In this document: in pieces, positions 1-10,076 of the stretch | Position numbering within the stretch: the first letter of the stretch is position 1 | Layout of the letters: each line of letters starts with the position of its first letter | Assembly (NCBI GenBank): GCA_039680575.1 | Contig: JBDKSP010000077.1 | Span: forward strand, 10,375 to 74,374 | Source of the DNA: Armatimonadota bacterium | GTDB taxonomy: Bacteria > Armatimonadota > UBA5829 > DTLH01 | Length of the DNA stretch: 64,000 nucleotides | Reading direction: 5' to 3' | Program-made: the position numbers and the translations under genes | Notes under the pieces: model-generated | What the model was told of the DNA's origin: nothing | The model's input: the letters and a program-made list of their open reading frames with translations, nothing else | Database searches by the model: none

Positions 1-2349
1 GGTTATGATAACATTGTGGATGACAGTTGCAGATGCATTTGAACAGTTAATGCCGCCTCCGTAGCCAGATTTCCCATTTCTGATTACGAAACCATCTATG
101 ACTGTGGTAATCGTCGCACCGCTCGATACTGTCACAACACCTCTGGTACCAGACCCATCCAGTATGGTCTCATACAATGTGGAATTTCTTAGCTCTCGAC
201 TATCCTCGGTGCCAACGAAACCGCCGTACAGCCCGACACCATCTTTCAGAGATATTGATGCAGACTCTTGATACTTACCTGTGGCAACCCATATCTCTTG
301 GCCAGGTGCCGCCGCAGTCATAGCAGCTATCACTGTTTTCTTCGGTAGCTGCCAACTTGCACCATGGTTTGCATCATCACATGCATTAGGATCGGAGCCG
401 TTGACATAAATGACTGTGACAGCGGATACAGTGATGTCTTGATTAATTGTTGATGTTCGTCCCGTAAAGTCGGTTGCTTTTATCCAAACTCTTTGAGTCT
501 GCGGATTCTGCCAACCAAGTGACCAGATATGGGTAGCATGGTTATAGTCTGCAACTGACCAAGTCGTTGGCGGTATATCTACTCTCGTGGCTGTGAAACC
601 AACCTGAACCGAGACAACTCCCGTATCAGCATCCGTGGCAGTACCTGATATCTGGATGGTAGTTTGTCCAGTATGCACCTCTCCTCTTGGAGGAGTGGTC
701 ATATCAACATAGGGATCAGTGCTATCTTCAGGTTGAACAACCCGCATATCCTCCTGTCTGCGCAGCCTGAGCACGCGAACAGTCTGAGAACCTGATATCT
801 CACTGCTGCTGATGCCGTTTGCACAGACGTACCAGCCTTCCTCTGGAGCCGCTATCGGTGGATTGCCATCTTGGCTGCCATGCCACTCCCAGCTTACTTT
901 CACTCCCCTAGGACTGCCTTCTCCGTTATTGACATTGGAGCCGTCATCGAGATAGAAGTAGTGTGGATCGGTATTGGGATCAACAGAGGTGACTCTACCA
1001 CAAATGCGGACAAAGAGCCCCACATTCGGCATCTCGAAAGAACCTGTTATACCGGGTGTATAAACGTTGAAGCCTCCACCTCCAAGGACTCTGTTGTTCA
1101 TTCCGAGTGTTCCAGGTGGGTCGGTGGACCCGGTGATTGTGACATTGGTCGGTGTCAAAAGTCGTTCTCCATCTAAGCTTGATATAGCTCCGGAGATGGT
1201 TATTGTGGTACCTGGCTGAACTGCTTGTGCAAATGTTTGGTTATATATCCTGATTCCAGACGATCTTCCCGGTTCTTGAACATAGAAATACCCAATAGAA
1301 GGATATGACCTCGAAACCACTTTGTTGTCAAGAGATAGAGGAAGAGTGGTTCCATCAGCAAAAGTCTTTGCCCATCCTATTGACTGGTGGGTAGTTATCT
1401 GGAGCACGCCTTCTAGTACTTGGGGATCATAGCCTGGACCGTCGTTAACGCAAATCACGGGAACTGAATTGACATGTTGTATCTGACCAGTGATCCTATT
1501 CACTCGGTCATCGGTCGAGATAGTAAAGCTCCCTGAATAATAACAGCGAATCCAGTCTGCCGAAGGCAGATCATCGGCAATATCAATATATTTGTATGTT
1601 ACACTATCTACTGTGTCAGTACCATATCCGATAATTCTTTTGCATTGGAACTCTACTTTAGCATAATCTGCCAATCCGGTGACTTCACCTATACCATCGT
1701 ACAGTGAGGCCAATCGCGCCATCTGTGGTTGTGCTTCGGTTGTGTCCATAAAAACATCACCAACCGATTGATAGTAAGTGGGCGGTTCAGCAGGAGATGA
1801 GTTCGGTTCTGAATCCGAAGTGCTTGTATCTGTAGTGAGCTCAGATTGTGTGTTTGACTTTGTAAGTGGATATTCTTCAGTGAGATCGACCTTATAATCC
1901 CAGGGTTGTGGAGCCATGATTCCTTTGCTGGTCGGGCCTCCGTGGACAAGGAGCGTTCCATCCTTGTCAGTATAACCCCAGACTATTACATTTTTGATTG
2001 CACGTTCGCCACTTGGTAAAGTAGTAAGATAGCCGTCGATGTCAAGCAGTTGACCTCTGCGAAGCAACTCATTTGGCATCGCCAGTATGCAAACCCTAGA
2101 AGTAGCATTCCAAGTTTCTCTCACCGTGAAATACGGTGTTGCTTCTCTTGTAATGATCTTATCAATCACAACTGCGTCGAGATAGACATGAGTGTCGTCA
2201 TCCTGTGATATAGCATTAGCAACAGTCCCAGGTCTTGTCATCCACTCAGGGACTAGCGCCATTGTTGCGGTGGCTAGGCATAATATTGATGCTAGCACGA
2301 ATAGCACTACTAACTTGGCTTTATTACTCCCGTTCATTCTGACCTTCAT
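1..2349 (-). CDS. Large secreted multidomain protein (signal peptide, OB-like repeats, Ig-like domain, DUF1565/right-handed beta-helix); runs off the window edge
   Basis: Not in the ORF track because it has no stop inside the window. Manual translation from ATG 2349 (GGAGG upstream): MKVRMNGSNKAKLVVLFVLASILCLATATMA..., later YFYVQEPGRSSGIRI, ISGTATDADTGVVSVQV and GASWQLPKKTV...EIWVATGKY...LYGGFVGTE. Confidence 0.8.
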   Translation of the reverse strand, partial: MKVRMNGSNKAKLVVLFVLASILCLATATMALVPEWMTRPGTVANAISQDDDTHVYLDAVVIDKIITREATPYFTVRETWNATSRVCILAMPNELLRRGQLLDIDGYLTTLPSGERAIKNVIVWGYTDKDGTLLVHGGPTSKGIMAPQPWDYKVDLTEEYPLTKSNTQSELTTDTSTSDSEPNSSPAEPPTYYQSVGDVFMDTTEAQPQMARLASLYDGIGEVTGLADYAKVEFQCKRIIGYGTDTVDSVTYKYIDIADDLPSADWIRCYYSGSFTISTDDRVNRITGQIQHVNSVPVICVNDGPGYDPQVLEGVLQITTHQSIGWAKTFADGTTLPLSLDNKVVSRSYPSIGYFYVQEPGRSSGIRIYNQTFAQAVQPGTTITISGAISSLDGERLLTPTNVTITGSTDPPGTLGMNNRVLGGGGFNVYTPGITGSFEMPNVGLFVRICGRVTSVDPNTDPHYFYLDDGSNVNNGEGSPRGVKVSWEWHGSQDGNPPIAAPEEGWYVCANGISSSEISGSQTVRVLRLRRQEDMRVVQPEDSTDPYVDMTTPPRGEVHTGQTTIQISGTATDADTGVVSVQVGFTATRVDIPPTTWSVADYNHATHIWSLGWQNPQTQRVWIKATDFTGRTSTINQDITVSAVTVIYVNGSDPNACDDANHGASWQLPKKTVIAAMTAAAPGQEIWVATGKYQESASISLKDGVGLYGGFVGTEDSRELRNSTLYETILDGSGTRGVVTVSSGATITTVIDGFVIRNGKSGYGGGINCSNASATVIHNVIIT

Positions 2350-2734
2350 TCCTCCAAAATAGTTTACAGACATATTACCAAGCTAGTCTGTCAATTACCG
2401 GCTGCCAAGATAACATTAAGATCACATCTTTAGTCTCAAAAACTTGATAACAATAAATTGGGTAAGTAACAGAGTAGCGAGTGAAGTCTGGCGTTATGCT
2501 TGAATTCGTCCGGCCAATGTACAACTACATTCAAATCTCCTCCCTGCATGACATGTGCCAGAAGCTTGCAGGCATACTGTCAGATTACCCCAGGAATACA
2601 GCTTAGTCAAGGACTACTGTAGTCAAAAAGCAGGCAATCATAATAATCCCATTATGCCTCCAGCTGCACGAGCTGTCAAATATCTTGTCTAGCTAGTCCA
2701 TTGAGGCAAGCTTGCTAAACCCGTAAACTTCGAT

Positions 2735-3106
2735 ATGATGAAACAACAGACTAAGACAGAACAACTGCTCAGCACACTGGCCCAACGCATGCGCGACCGC
2801 CGCAAGACCCTGGGGATTACCCAGGAGCAACTGGCTGAGAGGTCCGACCTAAGCACCAACTACATAGCCAAGCTTGAGCTGGGGAAAAGGGTCCCTTCGT
2901 TTGGTACACTCATCTCACTTGCGGAAGCTCTGGACGTAGAGGTGTATGAACTCCTTACTGTAAGCACGGAACGTCCCTGGGCTGGTGCCGCACAGGAGGT
3001 CGAACGTGTTATGGCACTATTAAACGAACAGGACTCCCAGTTTCTCCTTGGTGAGTTCCAGAACATCGCTCATTACATAAGGTCGCTTCGTAAAGAACAA
3101 AGCTAA
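2735..3106 (+). CDS. XRE-family helix-turn-helix transcriptional regulator
   Basis: RRKTLGITQEQLAERSDLSTNYIAKLELGKRVPSFGTLISLAEALDV is a classic HTH_3 pattern. Confidence 0.9.
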   Translation: MMKQQTKTEQLLSTLAQRMRDRRKTLGITQEQLAERSDLSTNYIAKLELGKRVPSFGTLISLAEALDVEVYELLTVSTERPWAGAAQEVERVMALLNEQDSQFLLGEFQNIAHYIRSLRKEQS

Positions 3107-3997
3107 GCCAGGTTCTCCTTTGACATGGCTTTTGAGCATGCATCCGTCTTCTCTGCGGGTAACGTGATGACTTTTCACCTCCTTTGTTTCGACTGTGACA
3201 TTAACCCCGTTTGATGTCACAACAATAGTCCCTACTTCTGCGGTCACATAAGTGACTGCTCCGACAGCTTGCAGAGCATCAAGTGTGGCCTTGTCCGGGT
3301 GGCCGAATGGATTGTCTCTTCCACACGAGATCACAGCGATCTTCGGTTTTACCTGCCGGAGGAGAGCAGGATCGGTACCATCAAAACTTCCATGATGGGC
3401 GACCTTCAGTACTGTACTCTCCGGCCAGAAGTCGACAGACTGTCTCTCCTGACTCTCCATATCTCCGGCAAGAAGGAAACTTGTTTTGCCATAGACTATT
3501 AGGATCACAAGACTCTGGTTGTTAGCGCTATCAGCTTTAGCCCCGGCTTGTGGAGCCAGGACTGATACACTGACATCGCCAACCTTTTCAGTAAACCCGG
3601 CTTTTGGCGTAAAAAAGAGAATACCTCTCTCATCTATGGTAGAAAGCATATCTTTCTGTGTGCCAGACCCATGGTAGAAGCCGCTGTCCCAGAACCTGCC
3701 TACAGGAAATGCATTAAGGACTGCTTTCATTCCTCCGATGTGATCCTCATGTGGGTGAGTGGCTACAATAGTGTCCAGAGCTTTCACGCCTCTACTTTTA
3801 AGATAGTCCACCACAGGTCTTCCGGCACTTGACGGTCCGGCATCTACGAGTATTGTCTTACCACAGGGAAACTCGACTAGTATTGAGTCTCCTTGTCCTA
3901 CGTCTATGAAGCTTACAGAAAGCTCCGCTGCAGCTGACTGCCCAGTCAGTACAACGAGCAGTAAAAACCATACGAACAGCAGCTTTACAGCCTTCAT
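3020..3997 (-). CDS. Secreted ComEC/Rec2-type metallo-beta-lactamase-fold hydrolase (probable nuclease)
   Basis: FIDVGQGDS, THPHEDHIGG, KVAHHGS and NPFGHP motifs; signal peptide MKAVKLLFVWFLLL from ATG 3997; 3' end overlaps the XRE gene. Confidence 0.88.
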   Translation of the reverse strand: MKAVKLLFVWFLLLVVLTGQSAAAELSVSFIDVGQGDSILVEFPCGKTILVDAGPSSAGRPVVDYLKSRGVKALDTIVATHPHEDHIGGMKAVLNAFPVGRFWDSGFYHGSGTQKDMLSTIDERGILFFTPKAGFTEKVGDVSVSVLAPQAGAKADSANNQSLVILIVYGKTSFLLAGDMESQERQSVDFWPESTVLKVAHHGSFDGTDPALLRQVKPKIAVISCGRDNPFGHPDKATLDALQAVGAVTYVTAEVGTIVVTSNGVNVTVETKEVKSHHVTRREDGCMLKSHVKGEPGLALFFTKRPYVMSDVLELTKEKLGVLFV

Positions 3998-4145
3998 CTT
4001 TGTAAGCCTCCACACATGCCACTTAAAAGAGCATCTAGCATATAGGCAGACAGCCCACACAGAAGCGGGTATCATCTCATAGATGCGATAAGACAGTATT
4101 CGCGGAAGCTAGAAGCCCATATTTCTCCTCATTTTCATTTAGTCC

Positions 4146-4174
4146 TTGACTTAATCCCGTTATCCCTTTATCCT
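4146..4174 (+). promoter_or_regulatory. Putative sigma70 promoter of the recombinase
   Basis: TTGACT-N17-TATCCT upstream of the 4243 ORF. Confidence 0.4.
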
Positions 4175-4242
4175 TCATAGTCACGGCGACTCCATCTAAT
4201 CCATAGATCACGCCCAAATATGACGATGTGTGAAAATATTAC

Positions 4243-5247
4243 TTGCGTATGCCTGATTGCCATGCTATACTAGGTTCTGGAAATACTGTCTTCCGGGAAG
4301 TGACGGAGAACCTCTCTCCTGAACTTCTTGATATCCTAAAAGAAGCCCAAAAGTTCCTCTCAACCACCGTTGCCGACAGCACCCAGGAGGTCTACCAAAG
4401 AGACTGGCAGTCGTTTTCTGACTGGTGCACCAGGATGGGACTTATCAGCCTGCCGTCCACCCCTGAGATAGTAGCCTGCTATTTTACATCCCTTGCAATT
4501 AAGGGGTTTCGTGTGACTACCATAAGGAGACATTCCGCAGCTATTGCTGCAGCTCACAGAGCATCCGGCTATCCAACGCCGACTACTCATCCCGCTATAA
4601 AGGAACTCCTACGGGGGATGACCAGGAAACTTGGCACACCACCAAAACCTGTAGATGCGCTGCTTTCTGAAGACATCAAGCGGATGGTCAAAGCTTTGCC
4701 GGGGACACTGATCGGCATACGTGACAAGGCACTTATTCTTCTGGGGTTTGCCGGGGCGTTTCGAAGATCTGAGATAGTAGGACTGGATACAGGTGATATA
4801 AGCTACAGGGATGAGGGAATGCTGGTCCTCATCCGCCGCAGCAAGACAGACCAGAAAGGTGAAGGCCGCTGGGTAGGCATCCCATACGGCAAGAGCCAGG
4901 ACACCTGTCCTGTAGCTGCTCTTAGAAACTGGCTAAAAGCCTCCGGTATATCAGAAGGTGCAGTCTTTAGGGGGCTCGACCGACATGGAAACATCGTCTC
5001 AGACAGACTGTCCAGGAGGGCAGTGGGAGAAGTCATCAAACGAGCCGCAAAAGCTGCAGGGTTTGACCCGAAGAGATACAGTGGCCACAGCCTGAGAAGT
5101 GGTCACTGCACCCAAGCGGCAAGGTCCGGTGTTGCAGATAGGATTATCATGCAGCAGACCGGACATCGCTGCCAGTCCACACTCAAGCGTTATGTAAGGC
5201 TCGGCAGGCTCTTTGAGGAAAACAGTGCTGACTCGCTTGGACTGTGA
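4243..5247 (+). CDS. Cre-like tyrosine recombinase/integrase
   Basis: SAM-like N-terminal domain; GFAGAFRRSE, RRSKTDQ, GHSLRSG, QTGH...LKRY catalytic residues. Confidence 0.92.
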   Translation: MRMPDCHAILGSGNTVFREVTENLSPELLDILKEAQKFLSTTVADSTQEVYQRDWQSFSDWCTRMGLISLPSTPEIVACYFTSLAIKGFRVTTIRRHSAAIAAAHRASGYPTPTTHPAIKELLRGMTRKLGTPPKPVDALLSEDIKRMVKALPGTLIGIRDKALILLGFAGAFRRSEIVGLDTGDISYRDEGMLVLIRRSKTDQKGEGRWVGIPYGKSQDTCPVAALRNWLKASGISEGAVFRGLDRHGNIVSDRLSRRAVGEVIKRAAKAAGFDPKRYSGHSLRSGHCTQAARSGVADRIIMQQTGHRCQSTLKRYVRLGRLFEENSADSLGL

Positions 5248-5253
5248 GTCTTG

Positions 5254-5769
5254 CTATGGCCAGCAGGACTTCCTCGTTGGGACTATACTTTTCCTCAGGT
5301 TTCCTCCATCAATATAGCACCATGCAGGTAGAACATCATTTTCTGTCACTACAGGTACCAACACACGGATGTAAAGACTCGGACAGCCCGGCATGAACCC
5401 TTCCAGACGATCCATTGGCGGCAGTGAGAGCTCTGGGTGTGGAAACACGATCATCTCCCCTCGTATCATCTCTCGGCATGCAGGATCGCAGATGGTATCG
5501 ACCGCCATCTGATCCAGGTATCGCTCTTGCGTTATAGCGTCAGCCAAAGGATCTGATGTTCCAAAAGCGAGTATGTCATTATCCGGCACTCGAAGGACCG
5601 GAATCCTTGAAGGCAGTTCGTAAAGCTGTCCTCGAAGAGCAGCCTCTTTGATATAAAGTGCATCCCGGCAGAACATATCGTGGTTCCAGAACCCTTTCTT
5701 TAGCGTGCCGTATACGAAGACCCTGAGCGCAGCGTCTTTGGTCTGCGGTCCGGGTATATTTCTGCTCAT
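5254..5769 (-). CDS. Gamma-glutamylcyclotransferase (AIG2-like) family protein
   Basis: RVFVYGTLKKGFWNH...MDRLEG signature. Confidence 0.88.
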   Translation of the reverse strand: MSRNIPGPQTKDAALRVFVYGTLKKGFWNHDMFCRDALYIKEAALRGQLYELPSRIPVLRVPDNDILAFGTSDPLADAITQERYLDQMAVDTICDPACREMIRGEMIVFPHPELSLPPMDRLEGFMPGCPSLYIRVLVPVVTENDVLPAWCYIDGGNLRKSIVPTRKSCWP

Positions 5770-5774
5770 AGCCC

Positions 5775-6587
5775 TTACCTCTCTTTTTCATCCGGGATAA
5801 TAAACCGTCTAAAACTTGAGTGTTTGCTCGTTCCTGCCAGCCGAAATGGCGTAACACTGTAGCTCATAAGGTCACTGCAGTGGAACGCAGCCATCTCCAT
5901 TTCCTTTACCGGGACATTCCCCCAGCCATTAGCAGGTGCAAGGACACTCTCCAGATAGTCTGCACATGATGCATAGACTATGACATTAAAACCCTTGTGG
6001 TACCTTAGCTCAAGAGGCTTGTTGCCTTTTATCAGGACTATCACCTCCGGATCGAGCTTTGATACTATCACAGCAGTCATCTCTCCTTTGCAGAGTGCAA
6101 GGCGTTTGGCTAAAGGCTCTTTATCAATACGACCACCTGCCAGTGAGTTATCTGCCATCCTGAAGATGAGTTCGCTGTCTACTTCAGCAAACCTCGGAAG
6201 CTTAAGGCGGCTAAAGAGCAGGTCTGCATTTGTTATTGTTCCGTTATGTGTTCCTATTACGGTTCCTGCCCTTATTGGGTGATTGTTGGCGTTGTTTCTT
6301 GCGTCCCCTCTGGTCTGCCAGCGGGTATGTCCTGCAAGCCAGGTGGTGTTACTGTTGACACTTTTGAGCAGGTCCGTAAACGCGTCGTCATCTACAAACT
6401 CTCTTGCCCTAACAGGCTGCTTAAATATATTGTGCTCACCGGCTCTGTTAAGCCAGGCTGCACCTGTAGCGTGAGGCCCTCGTGCCTCGCTTCTTAGCAG
6501 CAGGTAACTGAAGAGTTTCCGAAAGTAGTCCATCTCCTTCTGATTCCGCTTTTTTGCGCCGAAAATGATCCCAGCCTGTCCACACAT
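5775..6587 (-). CDS. Class II (Ntn) glutamine amidotransferase
   Basis: N-terminal MCG, RGPHATG, GHTRWQT, NNHP, HNG, EVDSE. Confidence 0.92.
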   Translation of the reverse strand: MCGQAGIIFGAKKRNQKEMDYFRKLFSYLLLRSEARGPHATGAAWLNRAGEHNIFKQPVRAREFVDDDAFTDLLKSVNSNTTWLAGHTRWQTRGDARNNANNHPIRAGTVIGTHNGTITNADLLFSRLKLPRFAEVDSELIFRMADNSLAGGRIDKEPLAKRLALCKGEMTAVIVSKLDPEVIVLIKGNKPLELRYHKGFNVIVYASCADYLESVLAPANGWGNVPVKEMEMAAFHCSDLMSYSVTPFRLAGTSKHSSFRRFIIPDEKER

Positions 6588-6859
6588 CAGAAGTCACCTC
6601 TTTCGCTGTCGAGAAATTTTGTCGCCATTTCGATGAGCGTGTCTTCATCAAGCCTCTCGGTTGGTCTAAATCCTCTGAAGACTCCAGCCGCGTACAGAGC
6701 CTGGTGCTCATCTATCCACAGGGTAGTCTGAGGAAACCCCATCTCCAGGGCAAGCTTCATTACCACGGGTACATCGAGCATGTTGGTCCTACCCGATGTC
6801 CTGACAGCCTCCAGCCCCTCCAGCACATCGGCAGGAATTGGCACCTTAGTCTGCTGCAT
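6587..6859 (-). CDS. DUF5049-like small protein
   Basis: [28 protein letters not shown] pattern; probable ATG 6859 after GGAGG. Confidence 0.7.
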   Translation of the reverse strand: MQQTKVPIPADVLEGLEAVRTSGRTNMLDVPVVMKLALEMGFPQTTLWIDEHQALYAAGVFRGFRPTERLDEDTLIEMATKFLDSERGDF

Positions 6860-7781
6860 GGCACACCTCCGGTTCCACCGCAGGCTTCGGGGACTTTGAC
6901 TTCGGCCTGCCGTTCTTCCAGGCAGCGTCTCCCGGCATGGCATGAAGCAAGTGAAGCCTTGCAGTCTTAAACTCTTCGCCGTTTAGCCCTAAGTGGATGA
7001 GGAAGACCCGGAAGTCGTACTTAGCTGAAGCAGGATCATACTCACGTTTCCTGCTCGATGCCCCGCGGCTGTTTAAGGCTTTTGCTGCGATTGCGAGCAC
7101 GAACTGGACAGCCGCTTTCACCTTGCCAGCGTGAAGTGTCGCCTCAAACATCCTGAACTCAATAGTCCCTCTAAACCAGACGTTGTGGAGGTTTAAGCAG
7201 CTGTAGCGGCTTGAGTCATAATGTGCGGGATGGGTATTTAGATGTCCATACCACAGTCTGTTCACCTGATCGAGCGTCTTTGGTCGGCTCTTCTCAAGTC
7301 TTTCGATGAACTCGGGGCTTATCGGCTTGGTGTACTGCCTAAGTCTTGACGCACTTACTCCAAGTGCCGTCAGGATGAGTGGCTCCTGCTTGAACATTAT
7401 CTTTGCGAGGTTTGCGAGTGTCTTTCCGGTAAAGGCGCTTGAGTCAACGTGGATGTGCATTCCGCATTTTCCGTCAACTGCTGCACCGCACTTTCGGATC
7501 GCCCTCACGACTTCCTGAAGCGTAGAAATGTCCTCATATTTAAGGACCGGGCTTACCACCTCTGCCCGCAGGTTAGGGGGAACACTTGTTAAGGATGAAT
7601 CCGCAACGACCTTCCATACTCTTCCCTGTTCATCTCTTACTTCCCACGGATCGTAAGATGATGGGCTTCCCACATGCCTTACTTCACCGCCTAACACTGA
7701 CTGTATGGCTCTTGCCACATCTCCCCGGCTGCGCCTTATCGTCTCTATCTCGCAGCCAAACCTTAGTTCTTGAAGCTTCAC
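6846..7781 (-). CDS. Putative amidoligase (COOH-NH2 ligase, Amidoligase_2)
   Basis: [47 protein letters not shown]; GTG 7781 after GGAGG. Confidence 0.92.
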   Translation of the reverse strand: MKLQELRFGCEIETIRRSRGDVARAIQSVLGGEVRHVGSPSSYDPWEVRDEQGRVWKVVADSSLTSVPPNLRAEVVSPVLKYEDISTLQEVVRAIRKCGAAVDGKCGMHIHVDSSAFTGKTLANLAKIMFKQEPLILTALGVSASRLRQYTKPISPEFIERLEKSRPKTLDQVNRLWYGHLNTHPAHYDSSRYSCLNLHNVWFRGTIEFRMFEATLHAGKVKAAVQFVLAIAAKALNSRGASSRKREYDPASAKYDFRVFLIHLGLNGEEFKTARLHLLHAMPGDAAWKNGRPKSKSPKPAVEPEVCHAAD

Positions 7782-7832
7782 TTGCTGCTTTACCTCCACT
7801 AGACTTAGAACAGAACATCTGTTCTCTATCAC

Positions 7833-7865
7833 AATGAATGCCTCAGATCGAAAGAAACATCAAGT
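7833..7865 (-). promoter_or_regulatory. Putative promoter of the amidoligase operon (class B motif)
   Basis: ACTTGA-N18-GCATTCAT, same layout as 43351-43383. Confidence 0.45.
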
Positions 7866-7926
7866 CATTTGAAGGGGTTTTAGGAAGATTCTTCTGTTAC
7901 TTTCCAGGCGGCTGTGATACGAAATA

Positions 7927-7967
7927 ATGGCTGTGGGATGAGATTAGCTACCCACCGCCACAGCCAT
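7927..7967. terminator. Hairpin after the tail fibre gene, possible terminator
   Basis: ATGGCTGTGG ... CCACAGCCAT 10-bp inverted repeat; weak U-tract. Confidence 0.35.
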
Positions 7968-7977
7968 GTAAAGAAGG

Positions 7978-9540
7978 TCAGACTACAATGGCTTTGTCTG
8001 CTCTATCAGGGTCGAGATCGAAGCATATCTGCCGCTCGTCTCCGGGGTATATTTTAAGTGCGAACCCTACATCTCCTGACCCCGTAACGTTTATCACTAC
8101 GCTGGTAAATGTGTCCGGGTAGAGGTCCACAAGATATATCTTTCCACCGGGCACAGTCGGAGGATATGATCCTGAATCGGCCAGCCTCACCCTGCTTCCT
8201 GTCTGCATAGTGACAGTTCCTGCCATGTGGTAGAGCTCAAACTCTGCTGTAATATGCGATGAGGCAGATCGGATGATGGCTTGAAGGATTTGGGTGGAGT
8301 TGCTGTCACACCTGCCTTTCCAGAGCAGACCGTCTCGGCCTGATAACAAGCTGTAGGGCATTGTTCCTGCTCCATCATTTTCGTAGTCGTACCTGCCGCT
8401 CCAGAATATGAGCTTTGTAAGACATTCATAGACCTCTTTTGGAATGAACCCCGCTTGGGCTACAGTTGCAAGCGCGTGCGCAGAGCCACCAGACTCCACA
8501 TGCGAAATAGGCGCATAACGACCATCTGAGACAGTCTTTGTGTAATACCTGCTGTCGTGGTCGGACGATGATTTATGTGTATTAAGCGCATTTGATACTG
8601 CCGTGACATCAGCGGTATTGGCTTTGTTCGGTAGAGTGCTTTCAATTGTTGTGATCCTCGACTGGTGGTCGTTAAGCTGCGATTTATCGGCAGCACTCAT
8701 AAACCCAGCAGCTGAACTGGTTGCCGCTGGATGCTGTGATGTGCTGCTCGATCCTACGTGACCTATCGGTGCGAACCTGGCATTTGACTCTGTCTCAGTG
8801 TAGTACCTGCTGTCGTGGTCTGCGGATGTCTTGTGTGCAGTCAGCGCACCTGATAGACCGGTGAGGTCGGATTCGGCTGCATCAAGCCTTATCTCGTGAT
8901 CTGCAACCGAAGACACCTGTTCAGGAGTCATGAAGCCTGCCATCTCTTCCGTTGCCGCAGGATGACGATCTAGCCCTCCGTGACCTGCGTGATTCGCGAA
9001 GCTGGAGACGATACTTCCGCCATCCCCGGACCCGCCTGCTGCGGGTTTGACCTCACCGGTGTCCCGGTTGAATATATGCACCGGCGCAACGGACCTGCTT
9101 TTCGCTCCCTGCGGCAGCGGATCACCGGAGGTGTCCCTTGCCTGAAGCGTCGCGATCCACTTCTCTCGCTCGGCGGTCGGCTCTCCGGTCAGTGGGTTTA
9201 CAAGTGTCGGGTCTTCCGATGCAGTCACGTCTCTTTTGAAGACATCCACGTAGATAATGTGCTCTCCAGGCTCAGAAAAGCTTAGTGTTGCACCCGAAAC
9301 TTGGACAGCGCAGCCGCCCAGGTAAACAAACCCATCTGTGATTGTGACATCATTGCCCGCTGCCGTAGCTACAAGGCCGGATAGTATTGCTCCGGGAGAT
9401 AGTATCCTGTCGAAGAGCATCGCGTGGTCGTGCGCCGCTACGTCCTGCATCTCGTTTAGCTCAGTATTAAGAAGGTCACGGTCTTCCCGGTAGCAGACTC
9501 TTTTATAATTCTTTGCTGCATCAAATGTGCTGTCATTCAT
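7978..9540 (-). CDS. Tail fibre protein (DUF4815-like N-terminus, His-containing repeats)
   Basis: YKRV.YR..R.L...ELNEMQ N-terminus; repeated H.AAT...AGFM and HK.S.DHDSRYYT units; follows the baseplate genes. Confidence 0.78.
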   Translation of the reverse strand: MNDSTFDAAKNYKRVCYREDRDLLNTELNEMQDVAAHDHAMLFDRILSPGAILSGLVATAAGNDVTITDGFVYLGGCAVQVSGATLSFSEPGEHIIYVDVFKRDVTASEDPTLVNPLTGEPTAEREKWIATLQARDTSGDPLPQGAKSRSVAPVHIFNRDTGEVKPAAGGSGDGGSIVSSFANHAGHGGLDRHPAATEEMAGFMTPEQVSSVADHEIRLDAAESDLTGLSGALTAHKTSADHDSRYYTETESNARFAPIGHVGSSSTSQHPAATSSAAGFMSAADKSQLNDHQSRITTIESTLPNKANTADVTAVSNALNTHKSSSDHDSRYYTKTVSDGRYAPISHVESGGSAHALATVAQAGFIPKEVYECLTKLIFWSGRYDYENDGAGTMPYSLLSGRDGLLWKGRCDSNSTQILQAIIRSASSHITAEFELYHMAGTVTMQTGSRVRLADSGSYPPTVPGGKIYLVDLYPDTFTSVVINVTGSGDVGFALKIYPGDERQICFDLDPDRADKAIVV

Positions 9541-10076
9541 AAACTCGCTGTCTCCTCTCCAATCCAGACTATTGTCCCCGCAGGTTGGTGCTGAAGGACG
9601 ATCTGCAGAAATTCATCAGTATTAATGGGATCAGTTATCCCGTAGATCCCGTGGTTATACTTATGCCCAGGGAGCTTCTGCCTGCCGAGCCTGGCATGGT
9701 AGTTTAGGCGGAGGATCTTCCTGAAGGTCTCGATTATTTCTCCCTTCCAGCCAAGCCTTGATAGCTCTTTTCTTAACCCTTCATATGTGCCGCATCTTCT
9801 GTAGCGCTCTATCGCCTCGATTATCCTCTGCCTCTGTGGAGATGGATTTCTTTGTGGGTCATATTCTGCTCCAACAAGCGAAGCAAGACAGCCGAGGAAG
9901 TCCGGTGGGCAATACCTCGGAAATGCAAGCCCGGGGATACGGTCAATACGTACCTTCAGGTCATCGAGAGTGAGACCGACGACCGAGAGGAACACATCAA
10001 TGTCGCCGCTTGCGTCGCTCAGGGTGTACACTTCCGGCAGAAGCCGTTTCATTGTTTCCTTCATCCCTGCCATCAC
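9537..10076 (-). CDS. Baseplate wedge / tail protein I-like
   Basis: LLPEVY...CPPDFLGCLASLVG...YRRCGTYEGL; lies between gpJ and the fibre. Confidence 0.8.
   Translation of the reverse strand: MMAGMKETMKRLLPEVYTLSDASGDIDVFLSVVGLTLDDLKVRIDRIPGLAFPRYCPPDFLGCLASLVGAEYDPQRNPSPQRQRIIEAIERYRRCGTYEGLRKELSRLGWKGEIIETFRKILRLNYHARLGRQKLPGHKYNHGIYGITDPINTDEFLQIVLQHQPAGTIVWIGEETASL

Noticed and set aside
4080-4240. attL site or tRNA integration target
   Set aside because: No tRNA-like sequence seen, and the other prophage end is outside the window, so no direct repeat can be verified
7978-9540. Diversity-generating retroelement or shufflon acting on the tail fibre
   Set aside because: No reverse transcriptase, no adenine-specific TR/VR pair and no inverted alternative fibre cassettes seen
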